64,000 nt of DNA. It comes from Azolla caroliniana. Its lineage: Eukaryota > Plantae > Polypodiophyta. The translations under genes were made by a program, and so were the position numbers. Under the pieces are notes generated by a model. The model was not told the DNA's origin. It worked only from the letters and a program-made list of their open reading frames with translations, and did not search any database. The stretch is taken from the NCBI GenBank assembly GCA_043228905.1, contig JBHGNT010000012.1, positions 6,634,001 to 6,698,000 on the forward strand, given 5' to 3'. Shown here piece by piece: positions 23,018-35,655 of this stretch (positions within the stretch are counted from its first letter, which is position 1; every line of letters begins with the position of its first letter).

Positions 23018-25770
23018 CACAGGATGTAGCTTTTCATCATCACCTTGTTGAGACAGAATGCTACCCAAGGCGAAATCCGACGCATCTGCTTCAATGATGA
23101 ATGGTTTTTCTGGATCAACATGAGCTAAAACAGGAGCTGATGTAAATGCCTTCTTAAGACTCTCAAAAGCAATGTCCGCTTCTTCAGACCAAACGAACGA
23201 TTTTCCCTTCTTGGTAAGTTGTGTGAGAGGCAGAACAAGCTTTGAGTAATCCTATATGAACTTGCGGTAAAAATTGGCAAAGCCGAAAAAGCATTGCACA
23301 TCTCACAACGAACGCGGAGTCTGCCACTCTACCACCATTTTGACCTTAGCTAGATCCATGGAGATGCCTTCTGAGGAAATGACATAACCCAAAAATTCTA
23401 CATGGTTGCACCCGAAACTACATTTTTCTAGTTTTGTATAAAGACCATGTTCTCGAAGTTGTTTTAGTACTAACAGTACATGAGAATCATGCTCTTCTTG
23501 GGTCTTTGAATAAACCAGTAGATCATCCAAATAGATGATCAAAAATCATCCAAGAGATCTCGGAATATATCATTTGCCATTAGTGAGGCCGAATGGCATG
23601 AGTGTATACTCGAAGTGCCCATATCTGGTGCGAAACGCAGTCTTCCATTCATCTCCTGGTTGGATCCGTACGAGGTTATACACTCCTCGTAAGTCAATCT
23701 TTGTGAAGAACCTTGCACCATTGATCCGTTCTAAAAGACTTGAGATAAGGGGAAGTGCATACCCATCCTGATGGTTATTTTTTTCAACCCACGGTAATCT
23801 ACGACGAGACGAAGTGATCCATCCTTTTTCTTGATGAAGAAAATGGGTGCACCGGCTGGAGATTTCGAATGTCGAATGAAACCATTTGCCAAATTCTCCT
23901 CTATATAGGCTCGAAGGACTTCTAGCTCGGTTGGTGACAAATTGTAGATCGGTCCCCATGGTGGCTCTTTTCCCGGTTTTAAATCGATGGGGCAATCATA
24001 CAGTCGATGGTGAGGAAGCGTATTAGCTCGTATTTTATCGAACACATCGGCATAATGACGATACTTCTCTGGAAGTTGAACAACGGACTCCTTTTTATTG
24101 ATACCGGAGGGGTTTACTGATATTGCGAAGAGAAACATTTCTTCCTTATGTCCTTCCTCACGCAACTGATGTAGCGAAATGGTTGCAATATTATGAGTAG
24201 ATCCTCGGGTTTGTCGACACCATATTTCTCTTGTTCTCCAATCTATGGCTGGGTTATGTAATTCAAACCATGGTAATCCCAAAACAATGGGATGTTCTGG
24301 GATACTAATTATATTAAATGGTACTACACACACTAAGTTATTTAGGACAATATTAACGGGTTCTAACTCTTCTATAATATTCCCGGAAGCAATGGGACGA
24401 TCATCAATGACTACTACAGAGGCTGGACATGGGAGTTTCTTTAGGGATATCTGATGAGCTTGGGCAAAATTCTTATCCATGAATCAAGAGTTGGCTCCGA
24501 AATCTAAGAGTGCTAAGACATGTATTGGAGGAGTACTTTTAGTACTAACCATTACCTAAACTAAGAACACATTGCTAACTTGCTTAGAGGAAATGGAACC
24601 ACTAATGGGCTGCACAGATCTAGGGTTGTCCAACCAAACGGCTCCTATTTTGGATGGACTTAATCGTTTAACTCTTCTTCTAGTTGACTAAGGATTTCAA
24701 ATTTTTTTGAAAGACTTGGGCTATTAGGACTATCAGACACACCTAGAGGAATAGACTTGGGTTTAGTACTATTAGTACTAGTGGTTATTTGATTTACCTG
24801 CCTTTTCGACCAATGGGGGCAGTTCACTGCAATATGCCCCGGTCCACCGTAATAAAGACATAATCAATTTGCCCTGCGTCGTTGCTTTTCTTCTTCCGAT
24901 AGTGGTCCACGACGACATGTGGTGTCGATTTCCATTGGAGTCGGAGTATTTGTTGGAGACGTATTGAATGACTCCCTTGGGAAAGACTTTGCTACGATTG
25001 AAGCGTAGGTGGGCTCCGATCTTGTTCGTGGCATTTGGAACTGAGGTTCTGAACATCGTTCGAAGAGGCGATTATCGCATCGCACTGCACGACTGATTGC
25101 TTCTGTCAATGACTTTGGCTCCTCGGGGAAAGTTAAGAGTAAATCTTTAACATTGTTACGTAGGCCAAAACGAAATTGCTCCATTAGTGCATGGTCATCC
25201 CAGGGAATAATGGTGGTGAGAAGACGGAAATCTGCAGGATAAGCCGAGGCCGGCCTCACCTTGGCGCAATCTTCGGATTTTGTTGATTGCTGTTCTAACA
25301 CTGTCGGTATCTCCAAAACAGGCTTTAAACTCCGTAATAAACTCTTTGAAATTATTTAACAAGGGAGAGCTTTTTTCTAATAGGGGGGCGAACCATGCCA
25401 AAGCCATGCCACGAAGTAGAGTGCCTACTAGTCCCACTCGTGATGCATCGATGGGATATCAAGAAGGATGCATTTGAATGACTAATCGTACCTGATTAAG
25501 GAATCCTCTAAACTACGATCGCGTTCCATCGAATTTCATGGGAAGGCCAATCTTGGGTTCTTTATGAATCCCTTGCGTACTGGGTCCTTGTTGTTGCATC
25601 GCTACTAAGGTTGCTTTAAGTTGTTGCACGCGTACCACTAGTTCCCCATGTTGTTGTTGTGTCTACTGCTTTTCTAAGGATATTTGTTGAAGATCCCCCA
25701 ACAACCGTTGATTTTCTTGTTCCAAAGCTAGGAACTTCTCTTTCAAGCGTTAACAGCGGCCATAGTATGA
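23018..25770 (-). pseudogene. gag-PR-RT-RH of chromovirus A
   Basis: Near-colinear with 47122-49950; IYLDDLL; G TTA AAC frameshift signal ~24628-24673. Confidence 0.9.
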
Positions 25771-25950
25771 GAGAAAACAGATTGATATTCTTGAGCGTTA
25801 ATAGTGGCCATAGTATGAGAGAAAAGAGGAATAAGAGATTAGTATGAAGGGAGGGAGAAGTAAGAAGATAAAGGAAGAGAAGGAAGGAGAGGAAAATCGG
25901 TTCAAACTGTAAGGCGCAATACTAAAACAGAGAAGGAATTAGTACTAATT

Positions 25951-26394
25951 GTTGTTCACCCGGTAAGGTCCGAACGGTTCAGTTTGCATCCTACTTTACG
26001 TTGATGATTTAGTCATCACCGGACCTGGACTCAATGAAATCGGTCGAGTAAAGTCCCAGTTGTCGGACGCATTTGAAATGAAGGTCCTGGGGAACCTTCA
26101 TTACTTTATTGGGATTGAGGTGATCCGAACCCTCGACGGCATATTGCTCTCACAACGACACTATGTGTTGAATATGCTATACAAGTTCAGTATGACGGAG
26201 TGCCGACCTGTCTCCACACCTCTGGACCGGAACCAGAAGCTCTGTCCCAACTCCGGACTGCCCTGCGATGAGAAACGGTTCCAACAAATCGTAAGCCTAA
26301 TATACTTGACAATCACTTGACCCGACCTCAGTTACCCGGTCGGAGTGATCAGCCAGTTCATGAAGAAGCCGACCACCGAGCATCTTCAGTTCGC
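25951..26394 (+). pseudogene. pol: Copia RT fragment (probable continuation of host at 2830)
   Basis: CILLYVDDL...DAFEMK..LHYFIGIEV...LIYLTIT. Confidence 0.85.
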
Positions 26395-27027
26395 TGTCGT
26401 GAAGAAAATCAGCCATAGGCGGAATCGGAGAGAAAGCACGTAAACCGGCCCCTACACGGATGTGACTACTAAGCCACACACATTTATTAGAGGGGGATAT
26501 TGCGTATCCCAAAGGGGGACAGGGAATAAAAGGCAAGAGGGGAAGGGAAAAAGGATATCGCGCGCGAGGAAGAAGAAAAAGCTCTGTTGCAGAAGGGAAG
26601 CAGAGCTCTCTCTCTACTCCTCGAGCCGTCGTTCTTTGTGGGTCCATCGCCGCCTGTGGGAGTGCGCTGCCTCTGCTTCGTGGACAGCCCGTGTGCTTCC
26701 AGCAGAGTCGCTCCCTTTTCCCTTTGTTTCTTGGAGTCGGGTGACTGTTGTTGGTGTGCGTGAGTAGGGTCCCCGTGTCGGGTCCGTCGCCGCCTCGTCG
26801 GTTGTAACTGTTAGGGATTGTAATCTCTTGTCATTATAATTAAGTGTTACGATTCTATCTCTTTCCTTCTCGCTTTTCGTGTCGGTGAATCTCTCAGTCT
26901 TTGTCTTTGTCTCTCTCGTCCTTCGGTCCAAGACCCCCGTGGTCCTGCCCCCTTTCACATGTACGCGCATAATAACGTGACATATTTGGTGAACCCGACG
27001 TGAACAGGCGGCAGAGGAGTCGAAAGA

Positions 27028-28544
27028 TGAGGGGATCGGAGCTAGCAGAGGCAATGGCGGTGGCCGTTGACCGGCTGGTGAGCGCTCGTGAGGGAACGGG
27101 TACCCTCGACAGAGCCATTGAATCGATCGTCGGCTCTATAGGCCGTATCGGAGGGAAAGACACCACAAGTTATTTGGAGGCTTTCCGGGCCGAAATGATC
27201 ATGAGGGATATCTAGGTGGACAGGCGGCTGTCCGGATTCCCTCGGGTGGTGACGTCGGGCATCCATGGGGAGGTGCTCGAGGTGCTAGCCGGATGCCAGA
27301 CTTGGGAGGAGTTCGAGCTGCAGCTCCTCCAGAAGTATGGGTTTGACGACTCGCTCCGGCTGTTGAGGCGGGGCTTCATGGCGTGGGTGGAAAGCCCCGG
27401 AAAAGGGAGGAACACGTCGGTGCTCCTCCAGGAGTTTGAAAAACGGTTCGCGCGACTGTCGACGCTGGACCGGACGGTGCTCGAAACAAGTCAAGTACTG
27501 CTATTTGTCAAGTCGGTGGATGCGCTCGATAGGGAAAAGGTGGGGCCCCTATTGGAAACGGAAAAAGGGCTCACGACGGATTGGGCCGTGGTAAAACAGG
27601 TCAGCAACCGTTTCGACAAACAGCGCGATTGGAGCGACGGAAGCACGTCGGGGTCGGGGCCGGTCCTGGGGAGGAGGTTCGAGGAGCCGGTTTCGGTGCC
27701 GGCTGGGAGGAAGGAAGAGACCCGAATCTGGCCGGAGTTGGGATCGGCATCAAACGACGTGGTCAGAGGCCCATCCGGAGGAGCGGCTCTAGAGGAGCTA
27801 ACACAGATGGTGCGCGACCTTCAGATCGCGCAGGTCCGGAGAGACAACAGTGAACAACCTCGCGACCGGAGGCCGCCGGCTGGGCAACGGTGCATGTGGT
27901 GTGACACGATCGGTCACATTCGGAAGGATTGCGCGGATTTCACCGACGCACTCAGGACCAATGTGGTGTACCTCTGGAACGTGCAGGTGCACGCGAGCGA
28001 GACCCAGAGAGCCCTGGAACTGAATACGGGGCACGACGGAATGAAGAGGTTAATGGAAGAGGTCGCGGCACGACACGTCGAGGCCGTTAACTACTCAGTG
28101 TCGGCAGGAATTCGGGTCGGGGGTGATGAGACCCGGAAGGCGAAGGACTTTGGATTCTGGCCGCTAGTGCTAGAAGGCCTCTCCGGAGTTCGGCTGAGGA
28201 AGGAAGAGGCAGACTGCGCGGAACAGCAGGTCCAGGAGGTCACCGGTTGGGATGATCCGGTCGAAGAGCAAACGGGCTTCGTAGAAGCTGCTTGCCAGAA
28301 GTACGAGGTTCTGGTGGAGGACAAACGGGCCGGAAAGGCTGGAGGGGTTGGCCCCCCGAGGTATGAGACCCGGTTGGACCGAAACCGACCAGTGCCAGCA
28401 ACCCAGGCGTACCGGACGGGAAAAAGCAGGCGGGGTTTCTGTTGAGCACCGAAATTGAGAGAGCAACGGACCTACGGAGGGTCCTTGAAGAGCGAATCCT
28501 CGACAGTAAGGTGGAGCTGTCGTTGCAGGAGGTGCTGGGAATTG
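27028..28544 (+). pseudogene. gag: gag of second Trp-primed Gypsy
   Basis: CMWCDTIGHIRKDC; homologous to 18897-20051. Confidence 0.87.
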
Positions 28545-29022
28545 TGTTAAGAGTCTATTACTAATCAATAGACCAAATCAAGTAAAAAGGAAGAAAATAG
28601 ATTGGATAGAAGAACCCGTTCCACCCGACCACCCCCGAGCTATGATCTAGACATAGCCAACCTACCACCGACGTCCCATACCGCCGGATATTAGGATGAC
28701 TAATACCTTGGAAGAGATAAACACGATCGTCGAGACGAAAGCCTAGCCCGCACCACCGGTGTCTACGACAGCAGCCTTCCGACGTGGTTCCTATGAGGGT
28801 AGCTAAGCCTCATATTTATACCTTTTCCTAGGCCCCTTGAATAGATGTGCCTTTCTAAAAGGCTCTCTATTCATTGGTTGTCTAAATCATGATAGTGCAT
28901 GCACATATCATTCATTCTATCCAATCATTAGTCCCCTTTTTAATAATAGTGAACATACCCTTCACTAATGTAAATATTAGTGACCTACCCTCACCAACGT
29001 TATGTGTACATAACATACTCCC

Positions 29023-32000
29023 CTACTTCAAAAGATTGCACTCTTGCAATATAAAGTGAGGAAATTGTGCCTTAAGCGAATGCTCGCGTTCCCATGTGGC
29101 ATCATCAATAGGTTTATCCATCCATTTGATCTTGAATAGCCGAATCTCTTTAGAACGTAAACGTTTAGTACGAGAATCAAGAATTCGTTCAGGAACATGA
29201 GGTTTGTAAGAAAAATCCTCTAATGTTACAAGATCTTGGATTGTGATGGTGTTATCACCAGAGCCTAAAAATGGTTTTAGACGACTGACGTGAAAAACAG
29301 GATGAATACCAACGTTACGAGGTAAGGCAAGGTGATAAGCAGATGACCCAACTCGCTTAAGGATTTCAAATGGGCCACAATATCGTGGGGCCAACTTAGC
29401 GCACTTGCCCGTAGATAATGACGTAGAATCAGTCGGGACACGCAAAAAAACTTTTTGACCAATAGTAAATGCACGAGGACGTCTATCCTGATCAGCATAA
29501 AATCGAGCACGATCTTGAGCTGTCTTGACATTTTCTTTGGCAATATGCAACATTTGGTTCATGTCTTGCAAAAAATTGCGTGTACTGTCTAATGTATCAC
29601 GATGAATCGTGACATCAACTGGGGCACGTGGCTGAAAACCATACATCAACATAAAAGGACTATATCCAGTGGATGTATGTTTAGAGCTATTATAGGCAAA
29701 TTCTAAGATAGGAAGGTATTGCTCCCACTTAGAAGGGGTTTTTGCTACATAAGCTCGAAGCATGTCCTCAATAATTTGATTAACTCGTTCAGTTTGTCCA
29801 TCAGACTGAGGATGATCTGCGGAACTCATGCTCAACGTAGTTTCTAGTTTCTTAAAGACCTGAGTCCAAAAGTCACTAGTAAACTTGGAATCTCGATCAC
29901 TAACAATATCCATCGGTAATCCATAAAAACGAAATAACTCATCAACAAATTGATAAGCCAACTGTTGAGCGGTTACCGTGGTTTTTGTAGGAATAAATCT
30001 AGCTAATTTTGTTAGCCTGTCAACGACAACCCATATGGCATCATGACCCCTCTGTGTACGAGGTAAACTAACAATAAAATCCATCGAGATACTTTCCCAT
30101 TTATTGTTGGGAATATCTAAGGGATGTAAAAGACCAGCAGCTTTAAGTCGTTCCGACTTATTAATCTGACATTGTAAGCATTGAGTTACGTATTTATGCA
30201 CGTCAGAGCGCATCTTAGGCCAGAAAAAAGTACACGAGATGAGAACGAGTGTGCGTTATATTCCAGGATGACCAGCAGATGGTGCATCATGACATTCATG
30301 AAAAATTTTCTGTTTAACATTTGGTAAATCTGGAACACAGACCTTTCCACTACGGTAGAGCAAACCGTTTGTAATGTGAAAGGTCGCCTTCGAGGGTAGG
30401 GTGCTAGTATCGGCATCTAAACCAGATTCGGCTTTCGTCCAGTATTTTGAGAAATAACTGTCATCAAGGTATTTCCCTCGAAGGTGATCTAAAAGATCAG
30501 ATTTTATTTCCGTGAAGCTAAGCATGTTAACTTCTTTAATGCGACTAAGAGCATCAGCAACGGTGTTCATAGAACCCTTGCGATATCGTATGGAAAAATC
30601 AAAATCTTGCATAAGGTCAGCCCAACGGCCTTTACGACCAACAAGATCGGGCTGGTCACAAAAATACTTTAATGATTGATGGTCTGTTGTAACCACAAAT
30701 TTATTTCCATAGAGATAGTGCCTCCATGTTTTAAGTGCGTGTATCACCGCAAACAACTCTTTCTCTTGAACCGAATACCGAGATTGAGCAGCATCAAGCT
30801 TCTTACTTTCAAAAGCAATAGGGTGACCACCTTGATAAAGAACGGCACCAATAGCATAATCTCTAGCATCGGTTTCAATTGAGAAAGGCTTAGAAGGGTC
30901 TGGTAATAGAAGAGTGGGAGCCTGACACACATGCTCCTTGAGTGTCTCAAATGATTTGTCAAGTTGTTCATTCCATGAAATTGGTTTGACAGACTTACGT
31001 GGATGACCTTTTAAAAGGTCAGTTAATGGTGTAGTCAATTTGGAATAGTTACGAATTGATTTTCGTAAAAATCCAACAAACCCTAAGAATGATCTAAGTT
31101 CACGAATATTACGAGGAATGGGCCAAAGTTTAACCTTTTCAATACAAGAAGGTTCAATTTCAACGCCCTTTTCTGTAATTAAATGACCTAGGTACACAAT
31201 AGATTTTTGGAAGAAGTCACATTTTGAATGTTTTGCATAGAAAGAGTTGTCACGCAACTTTCGCAAAACAAATCGAACATGTTGAACATGATCTTGCAAG
31301 GTACGGCTATATATCAAAATATCATCCAAGAAGACGACAACAAAATCACCGAGTTGATCTCGGAAAACATCATTCATCGCTTGTTGGAATGTGGCTGGAG
31401 CATTAGTCAACCCAAACGGCATGACTAAAAACTCATAATGGCCATAGCGCATACGAAAAGCGGTTTTAGGAATATCATCCTCGGCGATGCGAATTTGATG
31501 ATAACCAGTTCGTAAGTCAATTTTCGTAAAATATCGAGCTCCGTGCAAACGATCAATCAAATCATCGGCACGAGGTAATGGATATGCATTCTTAATTGTC
31601 ATTTTATTCAAACGGCGATAATTGATACACATTCGCCACGAACCTTCCTTCTTCTTGACTAATAGAACTGGCGCACCCCAAGGTGATTTACTATACCTAA
31701 TGTGGCCCATACTCAAGTATTCCTTAAGTTGTTTAGCGATCTCATCCTCTTCTAATCGACTAAGTCGGTAAGGTGGAATCCTCACAGGAGCAGCCCCAGG
31801 GATGAGTTCAATTTGATGGTCCACATTACGTTTAGGTGGTAAAGTAAGCGGTAATTCAGTAGGAAACACATCTTGAAAATCCTCTAAAATAGAGTCGAGT
31901 AATCGTTGCTCAAAATGTGGTAATTGTGTGGCGTCAATATTAAAATAATAAAATTGAACCGCAGGATCAATTACACACGAATAAATTAATGAACTAGAAT

Positions 32001-33426
32001 ACTCATTTAAAGATTTAGAAGACACAAGTGAATGAGAAGGAAGTTTGGAACATTGAATAAAATGTTTACAATTATTAAGTTCAAATGTGATTGAGTGATT
32101 AACCCAATCAATGGACAAAGAAGGGTTTTTATTAAAAAACCAAGGATATCCTAAAATGACATCTGCGGATTGTAATTTCATAACATGAAAGTCAAGCTTC
32201 TCCAAATAAGTATCTATTTGAATTGGCAGTTGACAAACAATGCCACTGATGTATTGAACGTTTCCATTTGCCATGTGAACTTGATAGATATGATCACTTG
32301 CGTTTATGTGGAGCTCCATTTGCTGCACAAAGTGATCATTAAGAAAATTGTGAGAACTACCGGAATCAAACAAGAAATGTGCTTGTGTTCCATTGATATA
32401 TCCGACTGCTTGGAGTAAATCATTAGGTCCAAGTAAATGTGAAGGAAAAGTGCATTCACATAAACTTAAGTGATTGGTATGAACTTCAACAATATCAAAA
32501 GACTCACCTGTGTGACTCGTAGATTTGTCTTGAGGAGGGGTGTTCATTGACTTCCTCTCAAGACGACGACAGGTATCCTTTGTGTGGCCCCGCTTCTTGC
32601 AATATGCACAGAAGAGGTTCGGTTTCTTTGAGTCGCGGTCAAGAGTGTCATTGGATTGCTTACGTTTCCCAATGAACTTGACATTCGGAGTTTTGGCGAA
32701 CTCAGGTTTATTGTGGTCTTTCTTGGAAGTCCTATGGTATCGCAGCACAATGTTGACGGCTTCCTCGAAAGTTGTGGGGTCCTTGTCATGGACAATCCAA
32801 TGATAATCCCCATTGGGAATACCATTCAAAAAACAAGCGACAAACCATTTCTCACCCGTAAGTCCCGATTTTTGGATCTGTGTCCGAGCGTGATGCACAT
32901 AATCCTCGAGAGAGGTAAATGGCTTACTAGACAATGTGAGCAAGTGTTGCGCTTGTTCGGTTTGAGAAGGTGGCTGCAAGAATTGTTTCTTAAAAACATC
33001 AACGAAACCTTCCCAAGTTGTGGGTAAGTTTTTTGCGGTCCTTAGGCCACGCCACCAAGCAGCAGCTCGGCCACCTAACTCACGACCGACATAACCAATT
33101 TTTACTGCATCGGGCTTGGGATGAAGCTCAAAGTGAGACTCCCAACGACCAAGCCAAGTGCTAATGGCCTCCTCGGTTCTTTCTTTCTTATCTCCCTTGA
33201 AAGGCGTGACTACGAAGGAAGGTTCACCTTCTTTCTTGGACTCAATAGTTAATTCGTGGAATTTCTTTTCCAATGCCATATTGGCCTGTCTCATTTCGGC
33301 CAATTGATTCAAGGTAGTAGTGAGCAATTGCTCAATAGTGATCTCAGCTTGTGTGCGAGATGCGGATTGGGGTTGAGAGGTCTCATTTGGAGAGATCGTT
33401 CCAACTGCGTTCAAAACTTGTTCCAT
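29023..33426 (-). CDS. gag-pol: Single-frame gag-pol polyprotein with chromodomain; one in-frame stop at 30256
   Basis: CAYCKKRGHTKDTC, FDSGSSHNF, VFLDDIL, ETDA, DGQTERVN, GPF, PERILDSR..FKIKW; ORFs of 1056 and 396 aa share one frame. Confidence 0.93.
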
Positions 33427-34423
33427 GATGCACGCTGTGGGTATGCAATAAAATAAGGAGGTTCAGAAAATACACAAGCAAAATGAATGCTTGAAATTTT
33501 GATTGAAAGAACTTTATCCAAGAAAGTATCTCATGTCTTTACCCCTCTAGACATATGAGATGTGATTCGAGATCCGATAACTATGGTAACACTATGGTGT
33601 TTTAAAAACCATGGGGGAAAACATAGCTAAGATGTATTTCTCGGATCTCTATCTTGAGTAATCATGGCGGCTCCCCGAGGCTCAACCATGGTTCTTACAT
33701 CAATGAAATTTCCTAGATAGCCTTATATTAATGCCAACCCATCATGTATTATATGGTCGAGAAAGTGTATTACGTGAAAAAACAAGTGCACTCACAAGTA
33801 ATATTCTAGTCTTGCGAGCAATAAGCAAACGTGATGATAAAATGATAAAATAAGGCACTACTCATAAGAGTTAAGTAGTGACGAAAACAAGGGTAAAAAA
33901 AAGAACCCATGTGTTACCTACGAAAAAAACAATGTCACAAATAAATGGGAAGTGCAAGGTATGCACATATACATCCCAATATGATTGTTATAACTTGCAC
34001 AATTGTGACATAAGCCACAAATTGATACAAGTGATGACGGTGTTGTGCGCAAAGATGTAATACTCAAATCCATGAGTAAAACATCAATAAGGGAACTCAT
34101 ATGGTTTTACTCGTTTTCTAAGGCTTGATGATAAGAGTTAAACCTAGATGACCCGTTGAAAAAAAATCGTTCAACAAGCCACTCCATACGAAAAAAATAG
34201 TCTACACGTAAAGGTTACATTAAAAATAAACGATGTAAATACTTTATACATGAAAAGGAAGTGGAAAAAGGAGAGTTAATTGTGGGCGGGTAAATAATAA
34301 TTACTAGAAAATCATATAAGTGAAACAATACTTATGAAATTAAAATTTAATTAGAATAATCAACAATTAGGTGTATGGAATCAAACATGCCCTAAGATAC
34401 GAAACCCTAGGGTAGTTGACATG

Positions 34424-34745
34424 CACCTCCTCAAGACCACCATATATCCCTAGAATCGGCCAAGTAATGGCTAATTAAAGAGGAAAGTGGCATAGGTAAG
34501 TGACATATACCTCGTCAAGGCCACAACATCCCTTAGAATCGGCCAATTGATGGCTAATTAAAAAGGAAAGTGGCATATGTAAGCTACATATACCTTGTCA
34601 AGGCCACAACATCCCATAGAATCGGCCAATTGATGGCTTAATAGAGAGTAGAGTGGCATAGGTAGGCAACATACACCTCGTCAAGGCCACATCATCCCTT
34701 AGAATCGGCCAAGTGATGGCTCAATAGAGGGGAAGAGTGGTATAC
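34424..34745. repeat. ~83-bp tandem repeat, ~4 copies, in the long 5' leader
   Basis: CCTCGTCAAGGCCACAACATCCCTTAGAATCGGCCAA...AGTGGCATA recurs at ~34426, 34510, 34593, 34676. Confidence 0.9.
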
Positions 34746-35655
34746 TCAACATCATATGCAAAACGGCCATGAGATAAGCGTGTGCGATTAGAGCAAACAC
34801 GCTCGACCCAATGCACAAGAATAATTATTATCGTAAGAGTTCAAGAGAGGAGAGAGTGGGATATATATCGCAATATGCAAAAGGCCATGAGTTGAGCGTG
34901 TGCGATTAGTGCAAACACGCTCGGCCCAATACATAATAATAAGTAAAATCGTAGCGTAGTAGGAGGTAGAAAGAAAGAGAATAAAACGTAATACCAATTT
35001 GATTCGACCATAAAGAACGCATAATAGAAAAAGAGAAGAGATCAAAAAAGAAGAATACCGGGTTTAGAGTGTTGTTTTGATCCTGAGAAGAGCATGACGA
35101 GCCTTGTTAGATCCCCCTCGCTCACACGCAAAAAACATCAAAACAACAAAAAAATTGTTAGTAAAAGCTCTGATACCACTGTTAAGAGTCTATTACTAAT
35201 CAATAGACCAAATCAAGTAAAAAGGAAGAAAATAGATTGGATAGAAGAACCCGTTCCACCCGACCACCCCCGAGCTATGATCTAGACATAGCCAACCTAC
35301 CACCGACGTCCCATACCGCCGGATATTAGGATGACTAATACCTTGGAAGAGATAAACACGATCGTCGAGACGAAAGCCTAGCCCGCACCACCGGTGTCTA
35401 CGACAGCAGCCTTCCGACGTGGTTCCTATGAGGGTAGCTAAGCCTCATATTTATACCTTTTCCTAGGCCCCTTGAATAGATGTGCCTTTCTAAAAGGCTC
35501 TCTATTCATTGGTTGTCTAAATCATGATAGTGCATGCACATATCATTCATTCTATCCAATCATTAGTCCCCTTTTTAATAATAGTGAACATACCCTTCAC
35601 TAATGTAAATATTAGTGACCTACCCTCACCAACGTTATGTGTACATAACAAATTG

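Larger units (their letters stand above)
3383..25950 (-). mobile_element. Ty3/Gypsy chromovirus A (Tcn1-like), interrupted by Copia B; 5' LTR truncated
   Basis: 3' LTR 3383-3842, PPT at 3843-3855, chromodomain YEVAAILDSK..YLVDWLGY, IN/RH 4239-5062, RH/RT/PR/gag 23018-25770, 5' LTR stub 25908-25950. EKLHPVAF is restored across the Copia B insertion. Confidence 0.9.
28545..35650 (-). mobile_element. Very young full-length chromovirus with tRNA-iMet PBS, 7.1 kb
   Basis: 471-bp LTRs 28545-29015 and 35180-35650, no difference seen; TSD AATTG; PBS 35167-35178; PPT ~29016-29029. Confidence 0.96.

Noticed and set aside
34424-34745. CRISPR-like array
   Set aside because: Whole units repeat with no unique spacers; eukaryotic retrotransposon leader.
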